In this document: positions 61,460 to 64,000 of the stretch, piece after piece
Numbering within the stretch: position 1 is the stretch's first letter
Layout of the letters: every line of letters begins with the position of its first letter
NCBI GenBank assembly: GCA_963695345.1
Contig: OY968769.1
Location: 1,088,001 to 1,152,000 of the forward strand
Direction: 5' to 3'
Origin: an uncultured Methanomassiliicoccales archaeon
GTDB taxonomy: Archaea; Thermoplasmatota; Thermoplasmata; Methanomassiliicoccales; UBA472
Length of the DNA stretch: 64,000 nucleotides
Translations under genes and position numbers: made by a program
Notes under the pieces: model-generated
The model's database searches: none
The model's input: only the letters and a program-made list of their open reading frames with translations
What the model was told of the DNA's origin: nothing

Positions 61460-63988
61460 TCATAATTCTTTCTCTACGTAGTAGCGGTAGAAGAAGAACT
61501 TCACGACCTCGACAAGGGCCAGATAGGCGACGATTATGAATACCAACGCCAAATAGAACTCCAGTGGCGGAGCGATGAGCTGGAACAGCGGCCCGATAGG
61601 CGTGTATGGCAGGAGGAAACCTATCACGACTATGGCCAGGCTGCTGAGCGTCAGCAATCGGCTCGGCTTCGAGCGATAGAACGGAGTGATCCTCGTGCGG
61701 ATCACGAAGATGATCAGCACCTGGGTGGCCAGACCTTCGATGAACCAGCTCGACTGGAACTGCTGTGGCGATGCTTTGAAAACGAACAGCAGGATGGCAA
61801 AGGTGATCAGGTCGAATATCGAACTTAGTAGCCCGAAGACGATCGTGTAGTTGCGTATGAATCGGACGCTCAGCCTTTTCGGTTTCTGAACATAGGAACT
61901 GTCCACATTGTCGGTGGGGATCGTGATCTCGGAGATATCGTACAGAAGGTTTCCGAGCAGTATCTGTATCGGCAGCATCGGCAGGAAGGTCAGGAAGAGG
62001 GACGCAATAGCGACGGAGAACATGTTACCGAAGTTGCTTGAGGTGCCCATCATGATGTACTTCATGGTGTTCGCGTGGGTCACCCGACCTTCCAGCACCC
62101 CGTCCTCGAGCACCTTCAGATCCTTCTTTAGCAAAATGATGTCGGCAGATTCCTTGGCCACGTCGACGGCGGTGTCCACCGAGATACTGACGTCCGCCGC
62201 CTTCAAAGGAGGTGCGTCGTTGACCCCGTCACCGAGATATCCCACCACATGGTTGTTCGCCCTCAAGGCCCGGATAATCCTCTCTTTCTGCATCGGGTTC
62301 ATACGGCAGAAGAGGTTGGCATCCTCGACCAGACGCGCCAAGGCGATGTCGCTGACGTTAACGATGTCGGCGCCGAGGACCGTGCCTTTCACCTCCACCC
62401 CGATGGATCGACAGACGTGGCGGGTCACCAGCTCGTTGTCACCGGTGAGCACCTTTAGTTCAACCCCAGAGGAACGCATCAGTCGGATGGCCTCGGCGGC
62501 GCTCTCCTTGGGAGGATCGATGAAGGCGAGGAATCCGACGAAGGTCATCCCCCTCTCGTCTGCCTGGTCGTAGACGACCCGGTCCGACTCCACCGCCTTT
62601 TCTGCGATGCCGAGCACCCGGAAGCCATTGGAGCTCATCTCCCGGAATCGTTCGTCGGCGATATTCCACGCCGCCTCCATTCCGACCGTTCCTGAACGGA
62701 GCCGGCAGGAGGTGCACGCCTTGAATATCTCCTCTGGGGCCCCTTTGGTGATCATTGTACGCTCATTTCCTTCGGCGATCACCACGGAGAGCTTCTTCCG
62801 CACGAAATCAAATGGGACCTCATCCACCTTCGAGAAGGACGAAGTGTCCATCTTGCGATATTCCAGTAGCGCCGCGTCCAAAGGACTCTTTATGCCGGAT
62901 TCGAAGATGCTGTTGAGATAGGCGTCCAACAGCACTGAGTCGTCATCGTTCCCTTCCGGATCGACATGGAGGATCAGCTCGATCCGGTTCTCGGTGAGAG
63001 TGCCGGTCTTATCCGTGCAGAGAACATCCATTGACCCGATGTTCTGGATCGACGAGAGCTTCTTCACGATGACATCCTTACCAGCCATCCTTATCGCCCC
63101 CCTAGAAAGCACCACCGTGATGATCATCGGCAGAAGTTCCGGGGTCAGACCGACAGCCAGCGCAAGGGCGAACAAAAGGGATTCGATCAGGTCCCGGTCG
63201 AACGCCGCGTTCACCGCGAAGACGAACAGCACGAGGAAGATGGTAAGTTCCGATATCAGATAACCGAACTGCCGTATGCCCCTGCTGTATTCCGTGTCTT
63301 GGTCCCGGCCAACAAGGCGCTTTGCTATCTGGCCATAGAGAGTGGCGGCACCAGTCCTGACTATCTCGATCGTGGCACTGCCGGAGACCACCGTGGTCCC
63401 CATGGAGGCGGTCGATTCGTCGGGAACGGTGTCCCTTCCTGACCCTGCGGGCCATTTCTCAACCGGGAACGGCTCGCCGGTCAGTGAGCTCTGGTCGATG
63501 AAGAAGTCGTTGGCGGAGATCACCTTTCCGTCCGCTGGAACGATGTCGCCGGAGGATAGCAGAACGGTGTCGCCCGGGACGATCAAAGAGATCTTGATCT
63601 CCTGGCTCTTTCCGTCCCTAACAACGGTGGCGGTGTTGGTGACCTTCTCCCTCAATTTCTGGGCTGCTTGGCTGGACTTGTTCTCCTGGTAGAAGTCCAG
63701 GGTTACGGAGACGATGACGAGGAAGAAGATTATGCCCGCCTGATCGCTCTGACCCGAGCTGCCGGAAATGAGGCCGGCGATCAGCAGGATGATGACCAGG
63801 GGGTTTTTGAAGTAGGAAATGAACTTCAGTAACAGGTTCTGTTGCTTTACCGCGATCTCGTTCGGCCCATGGACCTCCAGCAGCTGAGCCGCCTCAACGG
63901 ACGAAAGACCATGGACCGCACCGCCGTCGGGCTTGGTCCCCGCATCCCGACCGTCACCTCCGCGACCTGAAGGGCCCTGGTTCTCCAT
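61460..63988 (-). CDS. mgtA: Magnesium-translocating P-type ATPase
   Basis: LTGEP, AVGLTPELLP, DKTGTLT, PFDF.RK, KGAPE, TGDN, GDGVNDAP, KYI.M..SSNFGN.FS. Confidence 0.92.
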   Translation of the reverse strand: MENQGPSGRGGDGRDAGTKPDGGAVHGLSSVEAAQLLEVHGPNEIAVKQQNLLLKFISYFKNPLVIILLIAGLISGSSGQSDQAGIIFFLVIVSVTLDFYQENKSSQAAQKLREKVTNTATVVRDGKSQEIKISLIVPGDTVLLSSGDIVPADGKVISANDFFIDQSSLTGEPFPVEKWPAGSGRDTVPDESTASMGTTVVSGSATIEIVRTGAATLYGQIAKRLVGRDQDTEYSRGIRQFGYLISELTIFLVLFVFAVNAAFDRDLIESLLFALALAVGLTPELLPMIITVVLSRGAIRMAGKDVIVKKLSSIQNIGSMDVLCTDKTGTLTENRIELILHVDPEGNDDDSVLLDAYLNSIFESGIKSPLDAALLEYRKMDTSSFSKVDEVPFDFVRKKLSVVIAEGNERTMITKGAPEEIFKACTSCRLRSGTVGMEAAWNIADERFREMSSNGFRVLGIAEKAVESDRVVYDQADERGMTFVGFLAFIDPPKESAAEAIRLMRSSGVELKVLTGDNELVTRHVCRSIGVEVKGTVLGADIVNVSDIALARLVEDANLFCRMNPMQKERIIRALRANNHVVGYLGDGVNDAPPLKAADVSISVDTAVDVAKESADIILLKKDLKVLEDGVLEGRVTHANTMKYIMMGTSSNFGNMFSVAIASLFLTFLPMLPIQILLGNLLYDISEITIPTDNVDSSYVQKPKRLSVRFIRNYTIVFGLLSSIFDLITFAILLFVFKASPQQFQSSWFIEGLATQVLIIFVIRTRITPFYRSKPSRLLTLSSLAIVVIGFLLPYTPIGPLFQLIAPPLEFYLALVFIIVAYLALVEVVKFFFYRYYVEKEL

Positions 63989-64000
63989 CGGGCAACAATT

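Overview
Archaeal chromosomal window, densely coding. A TBP gene, PDO-type thioredoxin folds, DUF2299/DUF2769/RIO-type proteins and TATA-like promoters support an archaeal origin. Gene content suggests a Methanomassiliicoccales/Thermoplasmatota-like organism, but this is inference: no methanogenesis marker is in the window. Content is mostly accessory stress, redox, repair and transport genes: msrA/msrB, a PDO-thioredoxin reductase fusion, a redoxin-CcdA fusion, pirin/ygiD, USPs, Ku plus an ATP-dependent ligase (NHEJ), xth, an HhH glycosylase, sfsA, an HNH nuclease, MMPL/MFS transporters, a LonC-like protease and mgtA. The right end holds a seven-gene hydrogenase-4-like operon whose large subunit lacks the Ni-binding cysteines (Ehr type) and carries many single-base frameshifts, probably long-read errors. 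Next to it is a decayed cytochrome c maturation locus (ccmE/ccmF relics). Highlights: a tbp gene that appears to need an ATT start, with a dyad over its TATA region; several deletion scars; and a long stem that would occlude the RBS of a DUF2769 gene. I saw no rRNA, tRNA, CRISPR array or transposase. All family assignments come from motif recognition by eye, not database searches.
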